Shown: in pieces, positions 35,098 to 50,100 of the stretch
Layout: the number at the start of each line of letters is the position of its first letter
Position numbering within the stretch: position 1 is the first letter of the stretch
Origin: Antedon mediterranea
Taxonomy: Eukaryota > Animalia > Echinodermata
Length of the DNA stretch: 64,000 nucleotides
Direction of reading: 5' to 3'
NCBI RefSeq assembly: GCF_964355755.1
Contig: NC_092673.1
Location: 7,998,001 to 8,062,000, forward strand
Notes under the pieces: model-generated
Databases searched by the model: none
Told to the model about the DNA's origin: nothing
The model's input: the letters and a program-made list of their open reading frames with translations, nothing else
Translations under genes and position numbers: made by a program

Positions 35098-38000
35098 ATG
35101 TTTGCAAAACTTAAAAAGAAAATTGCATTAGAGGAAGGGATTGAAGGAGGAGATCTAAAGAAAGCGTATGGGCCAGGCTCACCAGTAACATGCCGAGAGG
35201 ATCAATCCAGCAGGAATGGTTCAGAAAGGGCTATATCACCATCCGGAAGTGTCTCAAGTTTAAAGGATGCTGTGTCTTTGAAATCTGATAGCAAAGAGGT
35301 AGGGTAGCGTTTTTGTCTTTTATATTGATTTCCCATTCTTAAAATAAATAATATTTTAAAAATACTTGTAGTACAGTCAACTCTACCATCAGACAACTTT
35401 GTAAAGTCAACTGACCTTTGGGCCATGTACTAAAAAGACTGTTTTCCACCAGACTTAAATTAACTACTATAACCTGTCAAATCGAATGTGACAGCTCAAC
35501 TTTAACAGTGAGTCGCCACGAATATGGCTGAAAAATTTTAGCCAAACAGTTCTAACTTACTAACTACAACCTATTACTTCCAGATAAAGTGGCTGTTTTG
35601 AGCAGGGGTCATTTCATTTTACTTTTCTGTCACCTACTTTACAGTCTTTTTCAGGCCTTATCTTTTAAGACGGGAGTGTGAAATACTTCTAAAATGCCAT
35701 AGGAGTCCGATTCACAACTTCTACACACCATGATACAAACAGCACACCTACACAATACCCCTGAATAATGCATGCCAACAGTCCAGTTTTAGCCAGGGTA
35801 GGCGTGATACTAGCGTGACGATCGAAATTTACATCACCGCGCTAGGGCCTACTGTAGATGGACATTGACATTGTAAATATAGCGCCCTCTGGGGTTATTG
35901 CTTATTGGTCTCGTCTCCCAGCCTACAATCATTCTCCCGGTTTTAAACGTTTTCTCTCGGATTACAGTGGAAAAATAACTGAATTTTGAAGTATATATTG
36001 TTTTTTTACAATGACAAAAAAGCTCAAACACATTCAAATATAAAATATTTAAGCCATTGTAAGACCATTTGAGTTTATTAAATTTTTCCCCTCACATACT
36101 AACCACCATGGTATTGCTTGTCACACCGCGCTCCACTCACCTCCTGGTCTCAATGATAAAATAGGCTTTGTTCAGCTAAACAACTATCACCTCCCATCTT
36201 TTGAACTGTTGACATGTAGCCTACTGTATGCTGAATGTGTCAAGGAGTACAATTTGTAGCACACCTCTAATTTTCAAAAGACCTGGTTCTTACAATACTG
36301 TACGTCCTACAATGTGTTTTCTAGAAATGAAAACATCCTCTTGACCACTCTTATGAGGTAGACAATTTATGAGATGTTCGGTTATAGATGTTCAAACTTT
36401 ATCGAATGTTACAGGATATACAGTATTTCCAATATTTCGCAGAATTTAGAAATTGTATATTGTTAAATGAATTTTTTCAGGTGGCCACTAATTATAGGAG
36501 GTCACACTGTATTATGTAACCAAGGAATACAAATATATAGACCGGGTAGTCATTTCATAGGTACAGGTTTTCAATTATTTCTGTTTCCCAATGAGGTTGA
36601 TTTTGGCGATACAGTATGTAACAATTAGCAGGTGTACTGTAGCTAATCAATAAAAACAATACAAAGGCAATATTGATTTCCTGTCTGATGTTTATAAATG
36701 TTTTTCCTTGGCTGTGATTTCATTTGGTAAACAACAAAAGAATTTTGTAATTTAAACAAAAAATGTTTAAACAATTAAAATGAATTATTTTATTTATATT
36801 ATTTTTATTTTTAATAATCTACTTTTTTGGTAGAAAATAAAAGCTTAGATAATCGATTTCATTGTATATGTGCCTTTTACTTTAGACAAAACAATACATT
36901 ATTGACATGTACAATCTACTAATTTACTTTCAGATGCTTTAATATGATCCACATCTCATTCATTTAATCTTTATTGAGCATTAAGAACAAATACAATTTA
37001 TTTTTTAAAGTAAAGTACATTTTACATAATTACTGTACTGAATTTTTATAACCTGTCTTTCTCTTTCTACAAATGTGTATCTTTGAGTGTGAAAGACCTT
37101 CAAACACATAATGTTGAGTTAACCTTTGGTTTATTTTATTTTATTCATTTTGATAGTATACACAAATATTTAAAAAAAGAATATAAATATAAATCCAAAG
37201 GAAAATTACTGAAAAAAATGGCATTTATATAGGTATCAGTGGCTGGATCTCAATCGAGATAAATAAAATAAGCAAAAAGCTAAATCAAAACGATATAGTA
37301 AAACAGCCAGAAAAATTAGCAGAGCTTTCGGGCAACACTAGCCCTTCATCAGTGCAAGAGAATATATATATATATATAAACACAAGAGGCAAAGAACATT
37401 AATTCTAAACCGCCCGGTGATATACTGAAATTTAATTAATTAATTTGAAACGATAAAGATGAGGAAATCTGTGAGAATGAGAAAAAGTCGCCCCAACCGA
37501 GACTCAAACTCGGACCGCCTGCTTGATATGCAGATGTCCTAACCATTAGACCACTGGGGCTTTCATGGTATTGTTCGAACTCGATTGGATAACGACTCTT
37601 TAACATTCTCGGCGTGGTACGGCGGAACAGAGATCAAATTGATACGCCCTCATCTTTCAGTATTTTTATTCACGAGGCGGTGGAAAGAAAAAAGCAATAT
37701 TAAAAAGCTGTCATCTGTACAGTAGGTGTGTCTCTCCCACTAAAAGTTAGTTTCAAGTCCTCTCTTATTACAGGTTAATGTTGCGCAATCCAAATAAATA
37801 AATCCACATATTTTTAATCAACATTTTGAAGTTTTTGAAAGAGGATTTTATTGACAATACATCTACAAAACATAAAATATAACATAAAATTCACTGAGCA
37901 GTTATCTTAAGATCAATTTTACAGTATGTACAGTTGAAGTATGCAAATTATTTTTGATACTATAATGTACTTCACTGAGACCAGTCAATTAACATACATA

Positions 38001-41000
38001 CATAAACGTCATGTCAGCATATGGCCAACTTATTTTTTTCCATTAATATTATGGTGTTTATTATGCATGACAAGTACCATTTTTCAATACAAGGATGAAA
38101 TACAGTATCAATTTTTTTTTTCAGTTTCAAATAGTTTTTTTTATTCATTTGAGAAATATTGTAGTTGTGAATTTTTATTATTAATTATGTTTTAAAAATT
38201 ATTTTTTACACAATTTTATAAATGAAATGTTAATAATTGTAAATTGCAGTTAGGCCTAAAATAAACTACTGGTTACAAACAGTTTTAATAGTGCAACATT
38301 GGAGTAGAATCCCTATTTAGGGGACACCTTTGGGACTCAACAAAGGTTCCCTTTAGTCTGAATAAGCATCCCAAATGGTTTTTAGTGTAAGTGTTTCTGA
38401 AATTATTGTTCAACTATTATTACTCGACTATATTGTTATCATTAAATAATTGATTTTCATACCCAGAATTCAAAAATAATATTTTATTCAAATAAATTAC
38501 TGTAATAACATTATTTATGTAATTTTAAACAATTTAAATGTATTTGTTACAGGGAGGAAACACAATGAGCAAAGCAGAAATGCTAACCCTTTTAAATAAA
38601 CGAACAGAACAAGTACGCAAATTAGAAGGAAAACTGGATGAATACCATGTAATGGTTAAGGATACATTGAAAATGAAGGAAAGGCTTGAAATAGCACTTG
38701 AAAAACAACAAGATGGTAGGTAGATAACTGTATAATATTATTTCATTTTAATAATAATAATAATAATTAATCAGCAATGAATAACCAGGAGAATAACCAA
38801 AATCAGCAGGATTGAGAATAACCAAAAGCAGCAGGATTGAGAATAACCAAAAGCAGCAGGATTGAAAATAACCAAAATCAGCAGGATTGAGAATAACCAA
38901 AATCAGCAGGATTGAAAATAACCAAAATCAGCAGGATTGAAAATAACCAAAAGCAGCAGGATTGAGAATAACCAAAATCAGCAGGATTGAGAATAACCAA
39001 AAGCAGCAGGATTGAGAATAACCAAAAGCAGCAGGATTGAGAATAACCAAAAGCAGCAGGATTGAGAATAACCAAAAGCAGCAGGATTGAGAATAACCAA
39101 AATCAGCAGGATTGAGAATAACCAAAAGCAGCAGGATTGAGAATAACCAAAATCAGCAGGATTGAGAATAACCAAAATCAGCAGGATTGAGAATAACCAA
39201 AAGCAGCAGGATTGAGAATAACCAAAAGCAGCAGGATTGAAAATAACCAAAAGCAGCAGGATTGAAAATAACCAAAAGCAGCAGGATTGAGAATAACCAA
39301 AATCAGCAGGATTGAGAATAACCAAAAGCAGCAGGATTGAGAATAACCAAAAGCAGCAGGATTGAGAATAACCAAAATCAGCAGGATTGAGAATAACCAA
39401 AATCAGCAGGATTGAAAATAACCAAAAGCAGCAGGATTGAGAATAACCAAAATCAGCAGGATTGAGAATAACCAAAAGCAGCAGGATTGAGAATAACCAA
39501 AAGCAGCAGGATTGAAAATAACCAAAAGCAGCAGGATTGAGAATAACCAAAAGCAGCAGGATTGAGAATAACCAAAATCAGCAGGATTGAGAATAACCAA
39601 AAGCAGCAGGATTGAAAATAACCAAAAGCAGCAGGATTGAGAATAACCAAAATCAGCAGGATTGAGAATAACCAAAAGCAGCAGGATTGAGAATAACCAA
39701 AAGCAGCAGGATTGAGAATAACCAAAAGCAGCAGGATTGAGAATAACCAAAATCAGCAGGATTGAGAATAACCAAAATCAGCAGGATTGAGAATAACCAA
39801 AAGCAGCAGGATTGAGAATAACCAAAAGCAGCAGGATTGAGAATAACCAAAAGCAGCAGGATTGAGAATAACCAAAATCAGCAGGATTGAGAATAACCAA
39901 AATCAGCAGGATTGAGAATAACCAAAATCAGCAGGATTGAAAATAACCAAAATCAGCAGGATTGAGAATAACCAAAAGCAGCAGGATTGAGAATAACCAA
40001 AAGCAGCAGGATTGAAAATAACCAAAAGCAGCAGGATTGAGAATAACCAAAATCAGCAGGATTGAGAATAACCAAAAGCAGCAGGATTGAGAATAACCAA
40101 AAGCAGCAGGATTGAGAATAACCAAAAGCAGCAGGATTGAGAATAACCAAAAGCAGCAGGATTGAAAATAACCAAAATCAGCAGGATTGAGAATAACCAA
40201 AAGCAGCAGGATTGAGAATAACCAAAAGCAGCAGGATTGAGAATAACCAAAATCAGCAGGATTGAGAATAACCAAAAGCAGCAGGATTGAGAATAACCAA
40301 AAGCAGCAGGATTGAGAATAACCAAAAGCAGCAGGATTGAGAATAACCAAAATCAGCAGGATTGAGAATAACCAAAAGCAGCAGGATTGAGAATAACCAA
40401 AATCAGCAGGATTGAGAATAACCAAAATCAGCAGGATTGAGAATAACCAAAAGCAGCAGGATTGAGAATAACCAAAAGCAGCAGGATTGAAAATAACCAA
40501 AAGCAGCAGGATTGAGAATAACCAAAATCAGCAGGATTGAGAATAACCAAAATCAGCAGGATTGAGAATAACCAAAAGCAGCAGGATTGAGAATAACCAA
40601 AAGCAGCAGGATTGAGAATAACCAAAAGCAGCTGGATTGAGAATAACCAAAATCAGCAGGATTGAGAATAACCAAAAGCAGCTGGATTGAGCATAACCAA
40701 AAGCAGCAGGATTGAGAATAATCAAAAGCAGCAGGATTGAGAATAACCAAAAGCAGCAGGATTGAAAATAACCAAAAGCAGCAGGATTGAGAATAACCAA
40801 AATCAGCAGGATTGAGAATAACCAAAAGCAGCAGGATTGAGAATAACCAAAATCAGCAGGATTGAGAATAACCAAAAGCAGCAGGATTGAGAATAACCAA
40901 AAGCAGCAGGATTGAGAATAACCAAAAGCAGCAGGATTGAGAATAACCAAAATCAGCAGGATTGAGAATAACCAAAATCAGCAGGATTGAGAATAACCAA

Positions 41001-44000
41001 AATCAGCAGGATTGAGAATAACCAAAAGCAGCAGGATTGAGAATAACCAAAAGCAGCAGGATTGAGAATAACCAAAAGCAGCAGGATTGAGAATAACCAA
41101 AATCAGCAGGATTGAGAATAACCAAAATCAGCAGGATTGAGAATAACCAAAATCAGCAGGATTGAGAATAACCAAAAGCAGCAGGATTGAGAATAACCAA
41201 AATCAGCAGGATTGAGAATAACCAAAATCAGCAGGATTGAGAATAACCAAAATCAGCAGGATTGAGAATATCCAAAAGCAGCAGGATTGAGAATAACCAA
41301 AAGCAGCAGGATTGAGAATAACCAAAAGCAGCAGGATTGAGAATAACCAAAATCAGCAGGATTGAGAATAACCAAAAGCAGCAGGATTGAGAATAACCAA
41401 AAGCAGCAGGATTGAGAATAACCAAAATCAGCAGGATTGAGAATAACCAAAAGCAGCAGGATTGAGAATAACCAAAAGCAGCAGGATTGAGAATAACCAA
41501 AATCAGCAGGATTGAGAATAACCAAAAGCAGCAGGATTGAGAATAACCAAAATCAGCAGGATTGAGAATAACCAAAAGCAGCAGGATTGAGACTATTCTG
41601 CAAATTATTAAAGCAAGCATATTATTGCAATTAAACAAACAGTAACAATAAAATATCAAATACACAAATTCCCCCTCTCCACCTTCTTCCAAAAATTAAA
41701 CAATATGCAAGTCTGTGTTGTAATTTGTAGTTATGGAAATATTACATGCTACTTGAAGCGACGACATAAGGTGTGAACATGTTCAATCACCAGCTATCTA
41801 ATACTGCAGTTTATAGACCAACATGGTTCCCAATCCTATGTACATTAAATGCATTACTGAAATATGGTATAGACACATCGTTTTGTCAGTATGTACAATA
41901 GTGTTGTCATATTTACTTTATTATATATTATTTCTGTATTACTATTATTTACTTTTGTTTTCTTGACCACCACACAACCACATCTATGGAGTTCATTCAT
42001 ATGCTTCTAAGTGCATGTGGTGGCTAATGACTTTGTCTAAACAGCTGTGTGGCATGTCATGAAATCGAAAAGCAAAATATTGATATAACTTGATGATCTT
42101 AGGGCGCGTTTATACAACACGCTATTACACGCATATTCTACACGCCTACGAGAAGTGTGTTGTATAACAACAAAGAGATTCCGTGTAATGAGATTTTAAT
42201 TGCAAAAAAGGCTACTTGGCTGAATCCTAAAATTTGGTGGATTCCCGGTCGCCGTTACCGTGTTGGAAGTGTCCTCAGGGTATATTTTGACCTCTCGTTA
42301 AAACAGGTCGTAATATCAATCATGTCATGCGACGTCTAACAAGATTGGGCCCATTTATTGCTGCTTCGCTGCCAGCAATCATCCTCCTACCACGTCTTAC
42401 GCCTAGCCTGGTAGGGCCAACTCGTAGTGGTAGTAAGCCTCTATAGACTATCGTTTCCCACTCCAAACAGAATAAAAAATAACATCGCAAAAATGGCATC
42501 TTCTTCTATAGTGTATAGATGAAACAATGAAACCCTTAAAATAACTTTTATTAATTTAAATGAACCGAGAACAAAATAAACAACAATGCAAACGTGAACG
42601 AATACAATAATGAAAATGGTAAAAACCGCGCGAATACATCGGACAGCGAGGAGGCGACGATGATTTGTTGACAACAACCCAGCCAACAATTCAATTCAAG
42701 CGATCAACAATTTGACCTTTTATCCTAGCATGCACTGCGTGTTGATGAAACTTCCGGTACAACACGGTATCGTGATTTCTAGTATAACAGCAAACGTTAA
42801 GGTGGGTTGACCTCGGTCCGAACAACACGCTAAAAATTTAAGCCGTGTTCAAATTTAGGGTGTTGTATAAACACGACCTTAGACACCTAATATTTTATAG
42901 TTTTTTTGACTTACACCACCATAAATCTAGAAACTTATACAATCTTTTTTATTATATGACTTTCTACATATAGTTTCCATGAAACGGCTACAGGAAGCTA
43001 ACGAGGAATTTCAATTAAAGCGGGCAAAGATGGTAGAAAAGTTGGAGGGCTTTGTACAAAGAGAAGATGACATGCATGGCAAGATTGAAGCTATGAATAT
43101 GGTAGGTATAGTATACAAATATTTAATGTTTATACGTAAAATGGTAAAAAATGAAATAATTTTATGATGTGAAAGATGAAAGGTTCTATTTCCATTGTTT
43201 ATTGAATGAAATTATTCGTTCCATTGCACAAATATTAATGAGCTTGAAGCCTGTTTTCCACTAGACTCATTAATCAATTTATATAAGCATGCATGTTTAT
43301 ATTTCCGATCTTCTTTTTTTTGTTCAAAAGTACGGAAAACCAATCAGTCATTGCATAGAATATTGGTTTCACACGAATATATATATTGGAATTACAAGGT
43401 TATGAAATACAGTATATTCAAACTGGAAATAGTTTTCACTTTTGTGTGAAACTAACTTAAAATTGTTGCCAATATAATTTAGAAAAAATATATAACAATT
43501 ATTGTTTGTAATTAATGGAATATTAAAACATAAAAATTGGGAGCGTGCTGTCCAAGTTAAATATCCTGGAGTCTTACGAGAAATTAGAGATTTCATACAA
43601 AATAATGAAATTTAATTTTCATTTCACGTTTACAGAAATTAGAAATTGCAATAAAAATAAAAGTTAATATACCAAAAATGCTATACTATATATTTGTCCT
43701 TCACTACAAACGAAAATTTGATTCTAAAAATATTTTTGGGAAGGAGATGAATTTATTCAATTTTATATATTTTTATATGACAGGAGAAGCAGAGTTTGCA
43801 AGAACGTTTACAGAAGTTAGAGATGAGTCATTTTATTAAACTTGAAGAGAATGATGAACTACATGGCTTTCAGGTTCAGGAGATGGCAAAGGTTAAGCAC
43901 ATGGTGAGATTTTAAATTATCAGTTCAAATAAATAATGATTGTGAGAAAATTATTATTGTCACAACTACTGTACAGAAAACAAGAGAATAGGAAAAAACC

Positions 44001-44102
44001 CCAACATATGAGAATGAAAAATATGAATAGCATACTGAACTAGAAAGCCACTCCGAAAGTGCATACCTACTGTAAAATTCTCCTACATAAGATTTCTCTG
44101 GG

Positions 44103-44149
<47 letters not shown>

Positions 44150-47100
44150 GTGTGTCTTAATGCTGTTTGTGATTTAGGCTAATTTCACTACAAGCATGTG
44201 TATGCGAGTTTGGTGTATTGGTTATGTAACAAGCCTTTCAATTAACAATAGCTTCAGTTGACTACAATAGAACAGCAACGCGAAAATCAAACAAGTTAAT
44301 TTGAAAAGAAATAGGTTTTTTAAACTACTCGCATAAAAAAGGGTGCACATTAAATCAAATTATGTTTTAAAATTACAAATCACAAATTATAACTCTTGCC
44401 TCTGGTCCAAAAATGAAGTTTTTTGGACAAGTAGTTCTCTAGAAAATGCAATTTGAGTTTACTTGTTACTTTAAAACTGCTCGCCGACTCTTGAAAAATG
44501 TTGTCCTATCTTTTAACACTAGCAGGTTTGAAAAGTACACTAAAAAAATTACTTTTTGAGTAATCCTGCTAACAAACAAACAGACAAACAAACAAACACG
44601 CGATCGATTACATATACCTCCTTGGCGGAGGTAAATAAGTTATAGTTTTATGTATAGGTGGCAAACTTTGTGTTCACAATATATTATTGTGGTTTGATGG
44701 TTGTGATGCTTGGATACCAATCCACAGGTCCTCGGTTCAAGTCCTGTCATATGTCAGGATTTTTTCTCATCACAATTTGCAACTCCACTCCCAAAGACTT
44801 GTAATAAGTCTTTGTTTATGTAGAGCATCTTGTGTATATGTTTGTCGTGTGAACAGGAGAGCCACCTTTGAGAGAAGGACAGTGATTGAGTTCACTTGTG
44901 GTTATCCTTCGCAATTTGCCTAAAATTGAATAAAAAAATATGTGTGCTACATCATAAATTTGTGTAGCGTGACATTACTCTATATGATGCAATTAGTAAC
45001 AAAATGTTGACTAGGCTATCTATCAAATCAACTTACTACAGGCTAGTCCATGAAATAAGATATAAATTTGCACTTATCAATTACAAACATCTTTGCAATA
45101 GCAATAGAAGTATTTTTTTGGTAAGAAATTGAATCTATAGTGTCTTTGACGCAAATTGGCTAAAATAAAATACAAAAAAAATGATGATAATATCCAAATA
45201 ACCTACCTTGTTTTTTCATAACTAAATCAATATCTAATTTTGGTCATCAGTTTCATCATTGTCATCTTTTTAATTAGTTTTAATAAAAAAATATGTCTAA
45301 TAATAATATTTTAATATAACTCAATAGTTTAATTGCAGTTACTATACAATACACAATAACAATTTTATATGTATTTAATTTCAAACTTTTAACTTTTAAA
45401 ATATTTAGTTATATTTAGAATAAATGTTCTTGTTTTCTACAGTTTTTAAATAGTCAAGAAGAGTTAAATAAATGTAAGTCAGAAATGGAAAGTGTGAGGG
45501 AGCTGTTGAGAGATAGAAGTCAACAACTTGAACAAAAAGTATCACAGTTGGAATCTTTTAAGGCTGATAAGGATATGCTACAGAAAGAACGGTAATTATG
45601 ATAAATAAATAAATGAAAATGTTTTTGTTTGTTAGTAGTTCACAGAAGTTGCTACTGTAGTTTAGTTGTTTGATTTTGTTATAATGATTGGTAAATACAC
45701 TAAAACCCCCAAATTTTTACAGCAACAGACCTTTGGCCATTTGTAATTGGAAATATATGTAAACAAATTAAGGGAACTGTATTATAGTGAATTTTGAAAA
45801 ATGATACACTGGTGTAAGTGACTATCAACCATGCCTGTGATTTTTTAATTTTTTTATTGACACAGTATTTTTTATTGATACCTCTTTACAACTTTTGACC
45901 TGAAATCCGATTTAATGAACTCTTTTCTAGGGTCATATATGTTTATGGACCTAATGATAATAAAACAATAAATACAAGGTTCTTTTTTGTGGCAATTTAA
46001 AGTAGGTGTAAGCTATTATTAGTGTGTCTCAACTTCCAAAAAATATTTTTCAGTATCTTAATTATTTAATAATAAGGTGTTTGTACTATGTTACTTCATT
46101 ATGTACCTACTTCAATACAGTGCAATTGTACTGTGGTAACACACACAGTGTATTCATATAAATTGATTTTAGTGAAACAAACATTTAACCAGCTGTTTAT
46201 AATATTACGCCTATCTACTGTACCTACCATCTGCATTTATATAAAGACTCATTTCATTCAAGTGTTTCAGCTACTGATGTTAACTATTCCATTCTCATTC
46301 CATAGGGAAACTTTCATGAGCCAAAAGATGGAAGGGGAAGGGACAATGCTACAGTTAACGCAACAGAAGAAGACTTTAGAGGGAACTGTTGCCAGTTTAG
46401 AAAAAGAATTAAAGGAGGTAAGGATTTATAGTACAAACTTTTTGCAAAAAGTACAATGCCTGTTTATTCTACAAATGATAAACAATGATAAATAGATGAA
46501 CATACATTTAATTACATAAAACAAAAGGTACTTAGTTTTCATTTGACCTATAGGATAACCATTGCAAATAGTATTTTTTTAAATCCAATCAAATGACGGC
46601 ATGATCAATAAAAACAATAATATTGTCATATCATTACTGTTACTGATCATGGTGTTATTTGATGTTTGTTTCAAATAGATTCAGTTCCTTATAGTATGTT
46701 TTTTTATCTGAATGCTATACAATGCAAATCATTTTTTATGTACAAAATAAACCATGTGAGTGGGAGAAAAAACTAAGAGACATAGTAAGGCCAAACTAGA
46801 CCTACAAAATTGTAAAACGCTTAGTTAAAGTACATTCAATATATAATATACTAACATTCATCCTGTGTCAGTTCTTAAGTATCTGCTGTTCCTACTGTAC
46901 TAGCCTCTATATCACTAAATAAGCCATTGCCACAACAAACACAGAGATTGTGCTTGACACATCATACTACTAGCATTTCATGTTTTAAATAAAATATGTA
47001 TTTTCTTTATAGAAAAATGCAAAACTATATAATATAGAGTCAAATCTGAATGCATTACAAGATAGTTATGACACAATAAAGCATCAGAAAAGTATACATT

Positions 47101-50100
47101 CAAAACAGGTAACAACATTTTAACTTCTGTTGTCATTTTAATATTCAATATTTTAACAAATTGTTTTATTAAATTTTACTCACTATCATTATGCTTCATT
47201 TTAATATATAACTAACATTTTGTCAGTATAATCATTTTGTTTATATTTCTCTAAAAATGTTGTTTAATCATAATTTCAATTTATTATACTGAACTGAACT
47301 ATTGCTTTGCTTTAAAATTGTAGGCACTTTATTTCAAGTTAAATTGCTTATTTTAAAATGATTATCAACTAGTATACAGTACTATAAATATGACCATTGC
47401 CCATAGCAAAAACAGTAGTAGATTTAAAATAGATTTAGGTAGATATAGCTCTATCCTTAATAGTAGCCTTAGTAGTACTTTTTTTCTAATATTTTTTTCT
47501 ATAAATTTTGCTCTATTCTGCAAAAAAAAACCCCATATTTTAATTAGCATCCTTGCAATTGGTAATTTCTTTTTATACATTGTATTGACAAACTAGACCA
47601 GTGTGTGCAATATTTTATGACCATGCTTGTCAAAATAAAAACAGTATAAAGCTATAGAAAGAAATGATATGCATGGCATTAGTATTTTTTTTCTCACTAG
47701 TTTGATTAGTTTATTTTCCCTTTCCCATTGCCTAGCAAAGCTCAAAAGTTTACACACATCGAGGCACACACCATACAGTACGCCAATACTGGCTCCCTGG
47801 TGTGTGTGTGTGTAATTCGTGAGTTTTGCTAGCCGATATGAGGTATTAGAATTAGATATATTTATTTAGCTACTTTACTTTACTTTGCATGTTAAAAATA
47901 GTGATACATTACACTTAATTGTAAGAGAATTAGAATTGAAAGTTAGATAATTGCTTATACAGTTAAATCGATAACTAAATAAATTTTACTTGATGAATGA
48001 TTACGGTTAAAATATGATTAGCATTGTTTTTTGATACATTTGTAGATATATAAGAGGATTTGTTTTATGCTGTACATACTTTTTGTGGTTGCCCTTATTT
48101 GTTATTATTTTATGTCTTCCTTTCCCACAATCCATTGCTGCTGGAAACAGACACAGGTAAAAGTTAACTGTTGTTATCATACCCTAAAGTTCTTCCTAAA
48201 CCCAAGCATCTTGTAGTCGTGTTGGTGGCCGAGGCTGTTATTCACCAAAAAAGCGTCTTCTCCCCACTCGTGATGCCTTAATGCGTTTTACTGTTGACAT
48301 CTTGTTTTAAAAATTGCTCTTGTTTGTGTCCTACAGTATTCTCTCTCATTTCCCATGTTTCACCCTCTGTCCTTCTGAAAACCCTCTCATTAGTGTTTGT
48401 GTTGGTTATTCTGTACATTGCCACCTATAGAATGGTACTAAAACTGAGAGTATTACAAATTGTAAAAATTAGAAAGAAGGAATGTTTAAAAAAAAATGTA
48501 TAATGAATACAGTGTAAATTGTACATTGTGTCTAATATCCTTGTAGAGTGTATACTACAATATCTATCACAGGGCCGTAGCCAGGATCTGTCAAGGGGGG
48601 GTTCGGACACTAAATATTTGGGTCAACCCCCCCCCCCCCCTTCCCCAGCCTGATGCGAAGCGAATTTTGTTAAATGACACCCCTAGATGGCCAGAAAAGA
48701 CACTCTCGTGCAGCATGCTATATAACCAATGAGCAAAAAGATCGTACTTTTTTCCTCCTCCTCAAACACGTCGATAATTTAAAGGACGATAACTATTTGT
48801 TGCCGTATGTTAGATGCGCGTGCTCTGTGTGCGGAACCGCCGATTGTTTGATCATTTACTCCGTATTTTGTTTTGCGTTCAAGTTCAATGCGAACGTACA
48901 TCTAGGAGCAGCCCCGAAAAAAGCACACTGGTTGAAGGCAAATGCTATTTGCTAGCTCTATAATATTTATTTACAGCAATTTGTTGAGGAATATAAATAT
49001 GTAAATAGGTGATATTGATACATTTTAGTACGTATCGGCTGGTGGTCTAGAAAAAAATAATCGGATGCCATAATGTGAACTACAGTACTTGATACCATAG
49101 ATATTATAGTGTAAAATATTAATATTCACTATCCTCTATGATACATTATACTTCATAGTCGCACATAAATACTGATGTACGTCGGAAGGCTATACTTTAT
49201 GCATGCTGCCTGACTGCCAGTGATCTAAACAATTGGTACGCAGTTGTCTGGCGGTGTCCTTTGTACGAATCGTTCGTGCGCCAGCTCGCTATGAGACGCG
49301 TCAATATCATGTTACATGCAGGGACCAAACATTTATTTTTCAGGTTAAAATCGGCAATTCATTTGCAGCTTTTAGAAATTTACAGACACGTATCACTAGT
49401 TGACGCTCATACAGAGAAGAAGGTTCACGAACAAGTTTACGAATTTTTCAATTTACAAACAACTTTTTGTACTGTAGGGCACGTATTTGGAGGATTTTTG
49501 GAGATGAGGGTGAGGTATTGGGCATGTCGGGGATGGGGGTTCGCAGTTGGTTAAGGGGGGTTTGCTGTAAAGGGGGGTTCGCCCGAACCTTAAAAACCCC
49601 CCCCTGGCTACGGGCCTGTATCAAGTAGTAGTTGTATCTATTGTAGTACTGTAAGTGTATACATTGTAATTTCTTTTTCTCTAGCTAAAGTAGAATGTTC
49701 ATGGTAAAAATCTTAATACGCTATAATTTTAACAATTTAATATTATTGGAAAAATAACATTTTTTATTGTATTTTGTATTGAGGTGCATGTGTTTACCAA
49801 GGGACAAACGTCTTGTAATTTAATTTGACAATAATCACAAATTTGGTTCATAATTAAACAATTGTTTGCACATTGCATGGTTTGCATGATGGATATGTTT
49901 CAATTTAAAAACACCATTTAGTTGAAGTGTGTTATTATTTACATATACATTATCTACAAACACAAAATAAATAAAATGAATACAAACTAATAGATTTGTT
50001 ACACCATTGTCGCATAGTACATGTGTATTGATAGGTTGTCTGGACAGATCTACCACCATAGTTATTAAAATGTCTAAAACAAACATTATGATTGATTTAA

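Noticed and set aside
38878-41692. Many 'MVILNPAAFGYSQSCC' ORFs, and a CRISPR-like look to the array
   Set aside because: They are translations of a 25-bp satellite; there are no unique spacers and no cas genes, and the context is a eukaryotic intron
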